The translations under genes and the position numbers were made by a program. The notes beneath the pieces were generated by a model, which was given only the letters and a program-made list of their open reading frames with translations, searched no databases and was not told the origin of the DNA. Positions 1 to 9,850 of a stretch of DNA of 64,000 nt are shown here, in pieces. Each line of letters begins with the position of its first letter. The stretch's first letter is position 1. Origin of the DNA: an uncultured Clostridia bacterium (GTDB lineage Bacteria; Bacillota; Clostridia; Christensenellales; UBA1242); contig CALWNC010000001.1 in NCBI GenBank assembly GCA_944382715.1, positions 224,104-288,103 of the forward strand, read 5' to 3'.

Positions 1-154
1 TTCTATTTTGTTTTCATATACTTCATTCATATAATCCCAACTCTTTTGACAATTTTAACATAACTAAATATTGAAATAATCTTTACTAATTAATAAAACA
101 AAATTTTTCTTTAAACCAATTAATCTTTTATTATTAATAACATAAACTAAATAG

Positions 155-2950
155 CTATACAGCTTTCTGCATTTCGTCATTTTGAATTTTTTGTTGACCT
201 TTATTTTTAATTTCCTGAACCTTACTACTATTAAACTCTCTTTCAATCTCATTAACAAACTCGTTAAGCTTTGTGTGAAGTTTACTAATTTCTTCCTGAC
301 TTAAGCTTGGGTCATTAAGAATTTCTAACAAAGAATCCAAATTTTGTTTTGCATTGACTGCGAATTCCCGAGATGACATATTTAAAAATTCATCTTTTGT
401 TTTTGCAATTTTTACAGAATTTTGCAAAGAATCAGTATTTTTTTCTGTAGAATCATTAACATTTGCAGTTTTTTCAATACTTTCTTCTAATGAGATTTCA
501 GCTCCTAAATTAAGTATGTCTAGTTTCTTTGAAAGTTCAACTGATAGTCTATGCCTTAATGTTACTAGCTTTTCAATTTCAAATTCTGATTTTTTATTTT
601 TATTCTGTTCAATTAAATTATCAAGTTTTGAAAATGCCTCATGTATCTTAGTAAATCTTTCATCTCCAGTAAGTTCTGTAGAAAGTGCGTTAAATTGTTT
701 TCTAATATCCTTGTCAAATTCTTCTATGCCATAACTTATTGCATTAATGTATTGGTCTGACTTTGTAGCTTTGTTCCATACCTTTACCTGTGAAAAACTT
801 TGATTTTTCTTTCTTAAAGAAATTTCCATTTCATTAATTTGCTCTTTTGTATAACCAAGTCCCAGCAAATCTTGTGGAGTAAGTAATCTACCATTAGTTC
901 TATCACTTCTATTTGCTTCATTAATATTTTCAATATTTGCAACATCTAGCATTCCTTGTTCTATTAAAGTTTCATAGGTCATTCCACTCACAAGTTCTCT
1001 TGTATAAGTCCTTGAAAACTCATTTGTCATTCCCTCAACCATTTTTGCTATTATCTGAACAGGTGAAAGTGTATCTAAAACGCCAGAGTCTTTATTTATA
1101 TCATTTATATGAAAACCCAATCTTCTAAATACTTCCACATCTTGTTCAACTTCGGAATTTACCTTAAATGAATTTGTCTCTATGCCCAAATATGTTTTTC
1201 CAGAACTTATAGCCTGTTTTAATTTTTTAAACTCTTCAGTTTTTCTAATCTGATTAAAGAAATCTTTAAAAGTACAATTTTCTGTAGCCTTTTGTTCACG
1301 AGTGATGTTACCTTCCCCAAATGTCGACTTCTCATCATAATTTTTAGCAGTTTTTTGCAAATCTTCATTTCCAAATTCGCTTATATAACCTTTATAAAGT
1401 TTTAAAAGCATAAATCTAGTACTTGCACCATCTTTGGTTGTATTATTCCCAAGATTTTTTCCATAAATCAAATTATTTGAAATTACTGCCTGATTAATGC
1501 AATAACAGGCATAATTGATTGGAAATTCTATTTTATAACGGAGCTCTAAAATTGCCTTAATCTTTTCAGCAAAATTATTATTTTCATCTTTTGATTTTTG
1601 TGCTGTTGTATTGCCATAATTTTCAATTACTTTTTTGCAAAGCTTGTTCCACTTGCCGATGTCGGTACTTTCACTGGCAAGATTTTCATCAAAGCCTGCC
1701 CTTTTAAGTAAATCTATTTGTTGCTCTAAAAACTTTTCATTGTTTTCACTTTTAATTTTTCCAGCATACCACATCAAATCATCAAGATGTTTTCCATTTA
1801 AGATTGGAACATTCTCATCACCTGATTTTTCCTTTCTTTTTGAATAGTTTGTAGCAATTTCTTGCGTTACTGAATTTTTCCTAAACTCAGAATCTGAAGA
1901 AATAAAACTTGCAAATTCAAGATCTTCTATAGAAAAATATTCATTTTCCCCTTTTGAATTAATTACACTTCCTAACTCTTTCAATTCCTTAGCAAGAATA
2001 TTATTAATTTTTGAAAAGTTTTCATTCCTATATCTTTCGCATTCACTTATTGCAAACATTTTGCCTTTTTCGCCTTGCTTAGATATGTTTTTTGAGTTAA
2101 ATCTATTTGCCAAAAATGCTTGGTCTAAGTCATCTTGAATAAATGCGACTGAGTCTGCAATTGCAACTGCTTCTGCAGCTGGATTGCTTTTACTAAAAGC
2201 AGGTCTAGAGTGCATAAGTGCACACTGTACTAGGTCCTTTTGTATTTCACTAAAAATTGCATTTAAATTAACATCTGAATATTTTTTTGTGCACTCTTGC
2301 AGTATGCTATCTTTGTTAGTTTCACAAATATTGACTATTGCCCATGCGCTCTCTTCCCCATGGTCAAAAATAAAAGAATCTTTTTTATATTCCTGCCCAA
2401 TGAGTTCATTTTGCCAATCTTGCTGTTCTTCGTATCCATTATTACGATTGCCAGTAGAAAAATATTCATTTCGAGTTGCTTGAATTCTCTTCTTTTGATT
2501 TTCAGATAGCACAGATGAAAAACTTTGAACAAAACTGTCAATCGTTGCCTCTCCATCATGACCGTAAGTGCAGTGACCAATATCATGAGTTAATCCAGCA
2601 ATATTTGCCAGACTTTCATAATATCTATTTTGCCCATTGTCTAAACCTAAACCTATTCCCTTACCACTATCTGCACTTTCACTTTCAGCTTCTTTCTTAG
2701 CATTAATCGCACTGTTTACTTTTTTTACAATTGAAGTTGCTTGCTCAGCAACTTGTTCCTGATGAATGTATCTTGTAGTTCTTTTTACCGTTTCATTCCC
2801 ATCTTTAAATTCAGCTGAAAGAATGTTTGTCGTTGTTTGTGTTGTACCTTTTGTATGCCTTAAATTTTGGCTTATTTTTAAAATTTGTGCAAGTCTAGAG
2901 AGTATGAATAATTTTGCATTTTCATTATTATTTGTCACTATTATTTTCAC
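155..2950 (-). CDS. HD-domain dNTP triphosphohydrolase (dGTPase)-like protein with ~600-aa helical C-terminal extension
   Basis: 931-aa ORF. LTHDIGHCTYGHDGE and downstream IADSVAFIQDDLDQAF resemble the Dgt-type HD family. The remainder is Glu/Lys-rich with no motif I recognise. Start is GTG at 2950 or 2938, after GGGAGG. Confidence 0.6.
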   Translation of the reverse strand: MKIIVTNNNENAKLFILSRLAQILKISQNLRHTKGTTQTTTNILSAEFKDGNETVKRTTRYIHQEQVAEQATSIVKKVNSAINAKKEAESESADSGKGIGLGLDNGQNRYYESLANIAGLTHDIGHCTYGHDGEATIDSFVQSFSSVLSENQKKRIQATRNEYFSTGNRNNGYEEQQDWQNELIGQEYKKDSFIFDHGEESAWAIVNICETNKDSILQECTKKYSDVNLNAIFSEIQKDLVQCALMHSRPAFSKSNPAAEAVAIADSVAFIQDDLDQAFLANRFNSKNISKQGEKGKMFAISECERYRNENFSKINNILAKELKELGSVINSKGENEYFSIEDLEFASFISSDSEFRKNSVTQEIATNYSKRKEKSGDENVPILNGKHLDDLMWYAGKIKSENNEKFLEQQIDLLKRAGFDENLASESTDIGKWNKLCKKVIENYGNTTAQKSKDENNNFAEKIKAILELRYKIEFPINYACYCINQAVISNNLIYGKNLGNNTTKDGASTRFMLLKLYKGYISEFGNEDLQKTAKNYDEKSTFGEGNITREQKATENCTFKDFFNQIRKTEEFKKLKQAISSGKTYLGIETNSFKVNSEVEQDVEVFRRLGFHINDINKDSGVLDTLSPVQIIAKMVEGMTNEFSRTYTRELVSGMTYETLIEQGMLDVANIENINEANRSDRTNGRLLTPQDLLGLGYTKEQINEMEISLRKKNQSFSQVKVWNKATKSDQYINAISYGIEEFDKDIRKQFNALSTELTGDERFTKIHEAFSKLDNLIEQNKNKKSEFEIEKLVTLRHRLSVELSKKLDILNLGAEISLEESIEKTANVNDSTEKNTDSLQNSVKIAKTKDEFLNMSSREFAVNAKQNLDSLLEILNDPSLSQEEISKLHTKLNEFVNEIEREFNSSKVQEIKNKGQQKIQNDEMQKAV

Positions 2951-2955
2951 CTCCC

Positions 2956-3639
2956 TTAAGGCTGTTTCTCATTTGGATTTGATTCAAGTCCTGTAAAATT
3001 TTTTAAAAAATCAACCTCAATATCCTTTAATGATTCAACCTTTGGAATTTCATTTAAAATTTCACTTGCATTAATTGTTTCCTTGCTGTCATAAAGCCCA
3101 GCAAAGTAATCAGAAAAATTATTCGTTCTCTCATCAATCTCCGATAAACTTGTATAGCCTGGCTTTTTAAAGTTTGCCTCACATTCATGATGAACTCTTC
3201 CAATTAATGAAACTACTTCAGGTACACTTTTTAAATTAACCTCTTCTTTATAATAGTTATCAAAGAAACTTTTTATATAGTTTTTCTGATTTTCTGGTAA
3301 GCTAGTTAAATCTTTTCCCATTATCTCTTGCAACATATTGTATCTATATTCTGAAACTGTTTTTCCATTACCTTTTTTCTGAAGCAATTCTTGAAGTTTT
3401 TTGTATCCAGTTGTGCCATAAGGTACATAAGTCATATAGTCGGCAAGATTTAAAAATCTAGCCTCCTCCAAATCCTCAGTTGGCAAGATATTTGAATCAT
3501 AAAAATAATCAACTGTTGCCTTGCTACTTCCCCACATAAGATCAAGCTCTCCACCTTTTGTGGTAGCAAACGAATTAAGTTTGCCAATATTTTTGTTGTG
3601 TAAAAGTTTTCCATAAAGATTTTCATTTAAAACTGCCAT
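2956..3639 (-). CDS. hypothetical protein, stop 5 nt upstream of the HD-protein start (likely co-translated)
   Basis: ORF 2956..3654. The ATG at 3639 (MAVLNENL) follows GAGAGGAA. No recognisable motif. Confidence 0.4.
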   Translation of the reverse strand: MAVLNENLYGKLLHNKNIGKLNSFATTKGGELDLMWGSSKATVDYFYDSNILPTEDLEEARFLNLADYMTYVPYGTTGYKKLQELLQKKGNGKTVSEYRYNMLQEIMGKDLTSLPENQKNYIKSFFDNYYKEEVNLKSVPEVVSLIGRVHHECEANFKKPGYTSLSEIDERTNNFSDYFAGLYDSKETINASEILNEIPKVESLKDIEVDFLKNFTGLESNPNEKQP

Positions 3640-3859
3640 AGTTATTCCTCTCAAAATTAATTTTATTTAAGATTATTATAATATTATTATAAAACTTTGT
3701 CAATGCTAAATTTTTTTTTATAAAAAAAATATATCTCTCTAATAATATAATAATCATCAAAGAAAAAAATATAAAAAAAAAGTTAAAAAATAACGAAAAT
3801 ATCTTTATTATTTTTCATTTTGTGATATAATTTTTAATAATAAAAAAAAGAGGTGTTGT

Positions 3860-4471
3860 ATGGCAAATGAAAATAAAAAAAATGTAGGTGTCTTTTTAGC
3901 AAGATTTCAACCACTTCATAATGCACATTTATATGTGATTGAAAAGGCACTTCAAGAATGTGATAAACTAGTTATTATGCTCGGAAGTAGTAATAAAAGA
4001 GATATGCTTAGAAATCCATTTAGTTTTGAGCTTAGAAAAGAAATGTTGAAAGCCTCCCTTAAAAATAAAGAGGATTTAGACAGAATAGAAATTTATGAGC
4101 TTCCAGATTGGTCACAAGAATCTATTAAGGAAGACGATGCAATTTGGGGGCACTATTTTTACTATAATGTAGTTTCAAGAATTGGTCAAAAAAGATTTTC
4201 TCTTTATTACTCTGACTCTCCTGATGTTATTAAACCATGGTTTGATAATGAAGTTAAAGATTATATAAATTTGCGACTTCTTGAAAGAAGTAAGATTATG
4301 AATGGGCTTTCATCTACAAAAATTCGTAATGCTCTTTTAAATCTTACACCAGAAGACAAACAGTATCTCAAACAATATTTACCACCAGCAGTTTATAATA
4401 ATGTTGGTGAACTTAGAAAACTATGGATTAAAACTATTGAAAATCCACAATCTGATTTTTCAATGGAATAA
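3860..4471 (+). CDS. nicotinamide/nicotinate mononucleotide adenylyltransferase-like (cytidylyltransferase fold)
   Basis: 203 aa. GVFLARFQPLHNAH is an N-terminal nucleotidyltransferase (H/T)xxH motif of NadM/archaeal NMNAT type. C-terminal SSTKIRNAL. RBS AGAGGTG. Confidence 0.6.
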   Translation: MANENKKNVGVFLARFQPLHNAHLYVIEKALQECDKLVIMLGSSNKRDMLRNPFSFELRKEMLKASLKNKEDLDRIEIYELPDWSQESIKEDDAIWGHYFYYNVVSRIGQKRFSLYYSDSPDVIKPWFDNEVKDYINLRLLERSKIMNGLSSTKIRNALLNLTPEDKQYLKQYLPPAVYNNVGELRKLWIKTIENPQSDFSME

Positions 4472-4490
4472 TAATAAAAATATAAAATTA

Positions 4491-4520
4491 TCAGTAAGAA
4501 TTTTCTTACTGATTTTAGTT
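4491..4520 (+). terminator. intrinsic terminator after NMNAT-like gene
   Basis: TCAGTAAGA / TCTTACTGA 9-bp stem followed by TTTTAGTTT. Confidence 0.6.
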
Positions 4521-4657
4521 TATAAAATATTATTAATTTAAATTTTTTTGTAATAATGTTATTTATAAGATTATTTTAAATAATTAAATTGTAGTTTTTT
4601 ATGCTAAAATTATAACAAATTACATTTTTAGTTAATTTTATCGTATAAGAGGTTAAA

Positions 4658-5914
4658 ATGGAGAATATATTTTTAACAAATGAAAAGTTACTTTTGGACA
4701 TAAAAGAAGCTGAAGATAAATTAAAACCAACATTTGAAAAGTTTGAAAGAATTGAAGAAATTTGTAGCAAAAAAGTGCTTAATGCATTTCACAATAACAA
4801 CTTATCAAGTGAAGATTTTGTTGAGGTTTCTGGATATGGATACTATGATGGTGGAAGAGATAAACTTGAAAAGATTTATGCTGAAATTTTTGGCGCAGAA
4901 GATGCACTTGTTAGACCACAAATTATGTCGGGAAGTCACGCTTTGGCTCTTGCTTTTTCTGGACTATTAAAATATGGAGATACATTTATTTCAATTACTG
5001 GCGAACCTTATGACTCGCTTAAAAGCATAATTGGGCTTACGGGAAATAGTAGAAATTCTCTTATTACAAATGGCATTAAATATGAACAAATTGAGCTTGA
5101 TGGCGATGACTTTGACACAAAAGCAATTATTAGTAGATTAAAGCAAAGCAAGGTTAAGATGCTTGAAATTCAACGCTCGCGTGGATATTCCCAAAGAAAG
5201 AGCCTAACTATTGAAAAAATTGAAAAAGTTATAAAGGCAATTAGAGAAGTTGACGGTGAAGTTATTATTCTTGTAGACAACTGCTATGGCGATTTTGTTG
5301 AAGAAAAAGAACCTACTGAAGTTGGGGCTGACATTGTGGTTAGCTCTATGCTTAAAAACCTTGGTGGTGGAATTGCTGGTACAGGTGGCTATATTGTTGG
5401 AAAAAAAGAACTTGTTTGGGACATTAGTGAAAGATACTCTGCACCCTGCGTTGGAAAAGACCTTGGAGCGAATATGAATCAACTTAAACCATTTTATCTT
5501 GGACTTTTTCACGCACCAAGTGCAGTTTGTTCAAGTTTAAAAACTGCCTCACTTGCAAGTTTTCTGCTTGAAAAATATGGCTATAATGTTGACCCAAAAT
5601 ACGATGAAAAACGCACAGATATTATTCAAGTTGTTGACCTAGACTCACCTGAGTCAATGCAAAAATTTTGTGCAGGTGTTCAAAGGGCATCGGCAGTGGA
5701 CAGTGGCTATACCCCAGAAATTTCTGCAATGCCGGGATATCCTCATGACGAAGTCAGTGCAAGTGGGAGCTTTAATCCCGGCTCGACTATTGAACTTTCT
5801 TGTGACGGCCCAGTCACTCCACCTTATTCAATCTATATGCAAGGTGGCTTAACATATGCTTATGGTAAGCTTGGTATAATTTCGCTAATAAATAAACTTA
5901 TCTATGAAAAATAA
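4658..5914 (+). CDS. methionine gamma-lyase-family PLP protein (YnbB / aluminium-resistance family)
   Basis: 418 aa. SGYGYYDGGRDKLEKIYAEIFGAEDALVRPQIMSGSHALA and overall length match my recollection of the YnbB-type family. Confidence 0.65.
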   Translation: MENIFLTNEKLLLDIKEAEDKLKPTFEKFERIEEICSKKVLNAFHNNNLSSEDFVEVSGYGYYDGGRDKLEKIYAEIFGAEDALVRPQIMSGSHALALAFSGLLKYGDTFISITGEPYDSLKSIIGLTGNSRNSLITNGIKYEQIELDGDDFDTKAIISRLKQSKVKMLEIQRSRGYSQRKSLTIEKIEKVIKAIREVDGEVIILVDNCYGDFVEEKEPTEVGADIVVSSMLKNLGGGIAGTGGYIVGKKELVWDISERYSAPCVGKDLGANMNQLKPFYLGLFHAPSAVCSSLKTASLASFLLEKYGYNVDPKYDEKRTDIIQVVDLDSPESMQKFCAGVQRASAVDSGYTPEISAMPGYPHDEVSASGSFNPGSTIELSCDGPVTPPYSIYMQGGLTYAYGKLGIISLINKLIYEK

Positions 5915-6084
5915 AATGATTTTTTATTTAAGATAATAATTTCGATTATTTTTAGCTATTAGAGCCAATTAATTAAATCTCATAGTTTGAAACAAATATA
6001 TTTTAAGGTTATTTTTAAACATCACTCATTATAAAAAATTGTTTTTAATTTACATAAATTGTCTTTTTAATTTACTAATTGGTA

Positions 6085-6112
6085 TTGACATGTGCCTATA
6101 ATCATTTATAAT
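6085..6112 (+). promoter_or_regulatory. sigma-70-type promoter for lipoprotein pair
   Basis: TTGACA (6085-6090), 16-nt spacer, TATAAT (6107-6112), 20 nt upstream of the RBS GGAGAA. Confidence 0.5.
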
Positions 6113-6131
6113 TTTTGTTAGGAGAAAAACA

Positions 6132-7031
6132 ATGAAAAATAATAAAATTAAAAGAACTTTTGTTGTACTTGGAGCCGTAGCAACACTTGCAGGGCTTGCT
6201 GGGTGTGCAAATGATACTAGTTTGGAAAGAGCAGGTTATTTGTCAGACAATCTTACACAGATTTGTAACGAACAGCTGTCAGACTCTAGAGCCGACTACT
6301 CAGTGAATAACTTTGAAATTATAGGTGCAGATGTCGACAAATCTTCTTTTGACTTTGATGTTAATTTTAATGGTGTTGCATCGCTTTCAAATGATAGTGT
6401 TGCCTACACTTCTATTGTTTATGAAGTTCCTTCCACCTATTTTGATGGACTTTCAAAAAGAAGCAAATCTGATAGTGTGTACGATGTTTTTGACAGAGTT
6501 ATTAGTGAACTTGATCCAATTTCAGTTAACATTTCCCCAGTGTCAAGTTTATCTACAATTAACAATGCATTTATTAAAAATGAACCTTCTGCTTTTGAAA
6601 AGTACAATATTGTTGATGGATTGCTTTATAATTTGGGAATTCCTGAATTTAATGACGAAGAAAAATCAGTGAATTTTGATACTAAAACACTCGTTGAACT
6701 TAAAAGTAGCAAACTTGAGCCAGGATTTGGTCTTGGCATTGGCTTTAATGGAGGAGTTGGTCTTGGTGTTGGAATTTTTAAAGTTTCAAAACAGGGAACT
6801 TTCACAATTGGTGACAATTATAGTTTTGTTGTTGATGAAAATACATATAATGCAATGAAAAATGACATTTCACTGGTCTATGATTACTGTGCAAGTGCAA
6901 TAAATGAAAAGGATAATGGCAAAATCTCTGCTGAGAGAAAGTCTGTTACAAGCGTGACTTATGATAACGCCGACCTTTTAAATAATCTTGACATTAATGG
7001 ATTGGAAAATAGTGTTTTAAATAAAGAATAG
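6132..7031 (+). CDS. lipoprotein (paralog 1)
   Basis: Signal peptide with lipobox LAGLAG-C. Shares F.I.GADV.KSS.D...NGV...YT...YEV.S.YF with the next gene. Confidence 0.7.
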   Translation: MKNNKIKRTFVVLGAVATLAGLAGCANDTSLERAGYLSDNLTQICNEQLSDSRADYSVNNFEIIGADVDKSSFDFDVNFNGVASLSNDSVAYTSIVYEVPSTYFDGLSKRSKSDSVYDVFDRVISELDPISVNISPVSSLSTINNAFIKNEPSAFEKYNIVDGLLYNLGIPEFNDEEKSVNFDTKTLVELKSSKLEPGFGLGIGFNGGVGLGVGIFKVSKQGTFTIGDNYSFVVDENTYNAMKNDISLVYDYCASAINEKDNGKISAERKSVTSVTYDNADLLNNLDINGLENSVLNKE

Positions 7032-7040
7032 GAGCAAATT

Positions 7041-7934
7041 ATGATAAAATCAAAAAAAGTTAAAAGAGCAATTCAAGTACTTGGTCTTTCTGCAACCATT
7101 TTTGCAGGTGCACTTACTCTTGCTGGTTGCGCACCATCAGAACTTGAACTCGCACAACAAAATATTGACACAACTGTTACGGAAGTTTTGAATGATGAAA
7201 ACATTCAAAGTGAAATTAATAATCCTATTGAAAACTTTACTTTTCTATGTGCAGATGTTGAAAAGAGTTCAAACGACAATTATAACATTGACATTAATGG
7301 TGTTTCTAATTACACAAATAATGATAAAAAAGGATATACGACACTCTCCTATGAGGTTGATAGTTCTTACTTTAATGCCGATTCAACAAAAAATACTGCC
7401 ACTTTGATTAACACAATGTCTGACATTGTTACTAATGAAAAATACAACGCTTATTCAATCATTGATGTAAACGACTTGTCTAGTTTAAATACGGCAATAG
7501 GAACAAATACCAATATTCCCCTTGATGGATTTAAATATAAAAATAATTTTGTCTACAAGGTTGGAAATGTCCAGCTTTCTGAAAATGATAATGTTGCATC
7601 ATTTTCAGCAAGTGAACTTACTAAATTTTATAAAACTACCAAACAGGTTACTTATGGTATTGTTGGTTATTATGATGGCAAACCAAGATATGGACTTGTA
7701 ACAAGAACCCACACAGACTATGAATCATTCTTCTTTGACCACAATATTTATGTTCAACTTTCACCAGAAGAATTTGAGCAAGCAAAAACTGACGAATCAA
7801 TAATTTTTGACAAATTTGTTGAATATGTTAATAGTAATCAAACTGACAAGTATGTTGTTCAAGAAACAAATATTGCAAAAGATAAGGAGTTTAATGCCAA
7901 TATGAAAGGTAATGTTCAACTCGGCGATATTTAA
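7041..7934 (+). CDS. lipoprotein (paralog 2)
   Basis: Signal peptide with lipobox TLAG-C. Similar length and conserved N-terminal region to 6132..7031. Confidence 0.7.
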   Translation: MIKSKKVKRAIQVLGLSATIFAGALTLAGCAPSELELAQQNIDTTVTEVLNDENIQSEINNPIENFTFLCADVEKSSNDNYNIDINGVSNYTNNDKKGYTTLSYEVDSSYFNADSTKNTATLINTMSDIVTNEKYNAYSIIDVNDLSSLNTAIGTNTNIPLDGFKYKNNFVYKVGNVQLSENDNVASFSASELTKFYKTTKQVTYGIVGYYDGKPRYGLVTRTHTDYESFFFDHNIYVQLSPEEFEQAKTDESIIFDKFVEYVNSNQTDKYVVQETNIAKDKEFNANMKGNVQLGDI

Positions 7935-7979
7935 AATTTAATTATAATTTTACTTTAAATTAATTTATCTTTTTAGTTA

Positions 7980-8011
7980 AAATCTAATAATTTGTTATTA
8001 GATTTTTTTAT
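7980..8011 (+). terminator. intrinsic terminator
   Basis: AAATCTAATAA tttg TTATTAGATTT followed by a T-run. Confidence 0.7.
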
Positions 8012-8195
8012 GTCAAAAAAATATCAAGCTGTATTTTAATGTTAATCTTATAGCAAATTATTAAAATTTTTATTACTGCAGAATATTTAATTTATTTATT
8101 TTTAGTTAAAAAGTTTATTTGTTAATTTTTTAAACTCACCATAACTTAGACTTTTAACATTATAAAAAAATAAATAAAATTTCTAAAAAAAAATA

Positions 8196-8223
8196 TTGAC
8201 ACAAATAAAATTGGTGATATGAT
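8196..8223 (+). promoter_or_regulatory. promoter of tyrS leader
   Basis: TTGACA (8196-8201), 16-nt spacer, extended -10 TGaTATGAT (8215-8223). Confidence 0.55.
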
Positions 8224-8264
8224 TATTATTATAAGGTAAATAAACATTTTTTTGGAGAAATACT

Positions 8265-8315
8265 ATGATAGCTAATTTAATAGTAAGTGAATACTATTAC
8301 GACTACATATTTTAA
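8265..8315 (+). CDS. 16-aa Tyr-rich leader peptide MIANLIVSEYYYDYIF
   Basis: GGAGA RBS 6 nt upstream of the ATG. Four Tyr codons lie at 8292-8300 and 8304-8306. The stop at 8313-8315 sits inside the first attenuator hairpin. Confidence 0.6.
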   Translation: MIANLIVSEYYYDYIF

Positions 8316-8391
8316 TGGCTATATGTAGTGTTTTTGTTTGGGAAAAGAAAGATACAAAGTCATATAGCAAATATCTATATGACTTTTTTTA
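8302..8391 (+). promoter_or_regulatory. four-segment transcription attenuator (1:2, 2:3, 3:4 + U-tract) upstream of tyrS
   Basis: Segment 1 ACTACATAT (8302-8310) pairs with segment 2 ATATGTAGT (8321-8329). Segment 2' GCTATATG (8318-8325) pairs with CATATAGC (8361-8368). Terminator stem is AGTCATATAG (8358-8367) / CTATATGACT (8375-8384), followed by TTTTTTT. Confidence 0.6.
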
Positions 8392-8475
8392 TTTTTATGT
8401 TAAATATGCTTTATTTACCATTAAAATTTTGGTAAAATCAAAAAATGTAATGAATTACCTTTAAAGGAGAAATTT

Positions 8476-9720
8476 ATGGCGACTAACACAAATTTATACA
8501 ACATATTAAAAGAGAGAGGTTTATTATATCAATGCACAGACGAAGACGCACTTAAGGCAATGCTTGAAAGTGGCAAGCCTATAACTGTCTATGAAGGAAG
8601 CGACCCTACTGCAGACAGTTTACACATTGGTCACTGCGTTCCATACTGCATTCTCAGAAGATTTCAAAAGGCAGGTCATAAAGTTATTGTTCTCATGGGT
8701 GGTGCAACTGCCTGCATTGGCGACCCATCTGGAAAAACTGAAATGCGAAAAATGCTCTCTAAGGCTGAAATTGAAAACAACATTGAAAAAATAAAAAATA
8801 CTCTAAAAGTATTTTTGGACTTTGATGGCGACAATCCTGCAATTATTGTAAATAATGCAGACTGGTTCAAAGACATTAACTACATTGACTTTATGCGTGA
8901 TATTGGGGTTCACTTTAATGTAAACAAAATGCTCTCTGCGGAAATTTACAAAAATCGTATAAACAATGGTGGCTTAACATTCTTTGAAATGGGATATCAA
9001 CTAATGCAGGCTTATGACTTTGTTCACTTAAACCGAGAATATGGTTGCACACTTCAATATGGTGGAGCTGACCAATGGGGTAACATTGCTGCAGGAAGTG
9101 AGCTTCAAAGAAAATTAAATTTTGTGAATGGCACAGACATAAATTTGGTTGGAGCAACAAACCCACTTTTACTAACCCCTGAAGGTAAGAAAATGGGTAA
9201 AACGGAAAAAGGTGCTATTTGGATTGACAAGGATAAAATTTCAGCATATGACTTTTATCAGGGAATTTATCAAACTCCAGATGCCTGTGTGAAAATGATG
9301 TTTTCACTTTTTACCGATATTGAAATGTGTGAAATTGATAAAATGATTGAAGAAGACATTGTCAAAGCCAAAAAGCGACTTTGCTATGAAATCACAAAGT
9401 TTGTACGCGGAGAAGAAGATGCTAAACTGGCATATCAAATGAGTGAAAATTTATTTACTGATGGTGGCAACGATGCCCCTACTTTTGAAATTGAAAAAAG
9501 TGAAATTGAAAATGGTAAAAGTATTTTAGAGCTTTTGGTAGAAACCAAACTTTGCCAAAGCAAAGGTGAAGCAAGAAAAATAATTGATGGTGGTGGAATT
9601 TCTGTTAACGGTGAAAAAATTAGTGATGTTAACTTAAAACTCACCGTTTCAGACTTTAAGGACAACAGCATATTACTTAAAAAAGGCAAAAAATCATTCA
9701 TTAAGGTTGTTTTATCTTAA
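8476..9720 (+). CDS. tyrS: tyrosine--tRNA ligase
   Basis: 414 aa. HIGH motif (SLHIGHCV), KMSKS variant (KMGKT), and C-terminal S4-like domain (GEARKIIDGGGISVNGEK). Confidence 0.93.
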   Translation: MATNTNLYNILKERGLLYQCTDEDALKAMLESGKPITVYEGSDPTADSLHIGHCVPYCILRRFQKAGHKVIVLMGGATACIGDPSGKTEMRKMLSKAEIENNIEKIKNTLKVFLDFDGDNPAIIVNNADWFKDINYIDFMRDIGVHFNVNKMLSAEIYKNRINNGGLTFFEMGYQLMQAYDFVHLNREYGCTLQYGGADQWGNIAAGSELQRKLNFVNGTDINLVGATNPLLLTPEGKKMGKTEKGAIWIDKDKISAYDFYQGIYQTPDACVKMMFSLFTDIEMCEIDKMIEEDIVKAKKRLCYEITKFVRGEEDAKLAYQMSENLFTDGGNDAPTFEIEKSEIENGKSILELLVETKLCQSKGEARKIIDGGGISVNGEKISDVNLKLTVSDFKDNSILLKKGKKSFIKVVLS

Positions 9721-9733
9721 ACAACCTTTTTTA
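9703..9733 (+). terminator. intrinsic terminator overlapping tyrS stop
   Basis: AAGGTTGTTT ... AAACAACCTT followed by TTTTT. Confidence 0.7.
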
Positions 9734-9850
9734 GTGCACTATTTTAAAAAAAATTTATCTTTTTACTTTTATAAAAAACTATTTATTTACTTTTAACAAT
9801 TTATTAAAAGACAATAATAAACAATATTCATATAATAACTGTGAGGTCAT

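Noticed and set aside
354-2996. Multiple plus-strand ORFs (354..734, 937..1128, 1635..1847, 2184..2483 and others) antisense to the HD gene. Similar antisense ORFs lie inside tyrS, tkt, nrdD, the rhs gene, dnaA and others.
   Set aside because: All are nested antisense or out of frame within long, motif-supported genes. They lack RBSs and have Ser/Phe/Leu-rich shadow-ORF composition.
8150-8475. T-box riboswitch upstream of tyrS
   Set aside because: No T-box consensus (AAnnnGGGTGGTACCGCG-like) and no specifier-loop, AG-bulge or GNUGGA elements are visible. The leader is only ~245 nt and is explained better by the leader-peptide attenuator. This still needs a covariance-model scan.
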